In this document: piece by piece, positions 63,367 to 64,000 of the stretch | How the letters are laid out: each line of letters opens with the position of its first letter | Position numbering within the stretch: position 1 is the stretch's first letter | NCBI RefSeq assembly: GCF_024521635.1 | Contig: NW_026250429.1 | Coordinates: 434,001-498,000 of the forward strand | Reading direction: 5' to 3' | Origin: Tricharina praecox | Lineage: Eukaryota | DNA: 64,000 nucleotides | The notes under the pieces: model-generated | Told to the model about the DNA's origin: nothing | The model's input: only the letters and a program-made list of their open reading frames with translations | Databases searched by the model: none | Position numbers and translations under genes: made by a program

Positions 63367-64000
63367 TCATCGCTCGCTGTAGTCATTAAGCGCCACACAA
63401 ACGGCTCCGCGATGGTGTCCGTTGTACTGCCGGATGATCTGTTGGCTGTGTCCGGCATCGATCAGCATCTGTCTCACGAGAGGTGGGGTTGCCGTTGAGG
63501 CGACTCCGTACTTGCTCAGTTCCCAAAGCCTGGCAAAGTGGTCCGAGCAAGCAGTTACGAGGTAGGCGCTGTCCGCGCTGAATGCGCAGTCCCACACCCA
63601 TCGCTGGTGCCCGTGTAGTGTGGTCTCGAGTGTGAACTTCTTCTCGTCCACGGACCAGATCTTGGCGGTGTGGTCCGCCGAACACGTCGCGAGGTGTCGC
63701 ACATCGGGTGAAAGGAGGACCCGAGTGATGTACTTGGTGTGCGCTTGAAACTTGGTGACCGGCATGAGTTGTGTAACGTCGCGGTTCTGGATCATCCGCC
63801 ACACGTAGCAGTTGCCCTGGAAAGTCATTCGTCAGGCCAACCGTGGAGCCAAGGGGAATTGTAGGAAGGCATGCTACTGACTAGGTTGTTTCCAGCTACA
63901 AGCATACTGCCATCTGTCGCCACGGTAACACTCCGCACCGGAACGTCGTCTTCTGGTATCAACTGGTGCGTGCACTTATTTTCACCCAAATCCCAGATCC
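63367..64000 (-). CDS. LST8: TOR complex WD40 subunit Lst8, 5' part beyond window. Exons >64000-63882, 63816-63512, 63445-63367
   Basis: WDLGENKCTHQLIPEDD, GNCYVW, TKFQAHTKYITRVLLSPD, LATCSADHT, GHQRWVWDCAFSADSAYLVTACSD, RQYNGHHRGAVCVALND. Confidence 0.95.

Noticed and set aside
1..64000. tRNA, rRNA, snRNA genes, telomeric arrays and TGA-CTA readthrough signals
   Set aside because: Looked for by eye; only isolated GTTCGA words without cloverleafs, and no modelled stop has the readthrough context.

Overview
Eukaryotic (fungal) genomic DNA, not prokaryotic. Genes carry short GT-AG introns with CTRAC/CTAAT branch sites, and the proteins look like filamentous ascomycete (Pezizomycotina) orthologues; Pezizomycetes is only a guess. 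I built 16 protein-coding models by hand: a conserved membrane protein (cut by the left edge), NOP15, a DUF5315-like protein, an ECM9/PTAR1-like prenyltransferase-repeat protein, a membrane-anchored N2227/CARNMT1-like methyltransferase, SOK1, a secreted cupredoxin-like protein, SMN, a multi-TM hypothetical protein, SERF/4F5, a SAP-domain AIM34-like protein, a SWIM+RING protein, TRAPPC13, a small SET protein, a DENN+C1 protein and a low-complexity hypothetical protein. LST8 is a seventeenth, cut by the right edge. Most entries in the ORF track are artefacts of microsatellites or antisense frames. Best non-coding signals: (1) an intronic box C/D snoRNA in NOP15 with a 14-nt antisense element to LSU rRNA; (2) a ~1.1-kb densely structured plus-strand region at ~52.0-53.05 kb with a ~43-bp-arm hairpin, a candidate unannotated ncRNA/pri-milRNA; (3) a 186-bp TA-flanked MITE; (4) a 4.2-kb accessory tract made of several independent decayed local tandem duplications; (5) a 15-kb gene-free, microsatellite-rich region upstream of SOK1. 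All family calls are from motif recognition, without database searches.
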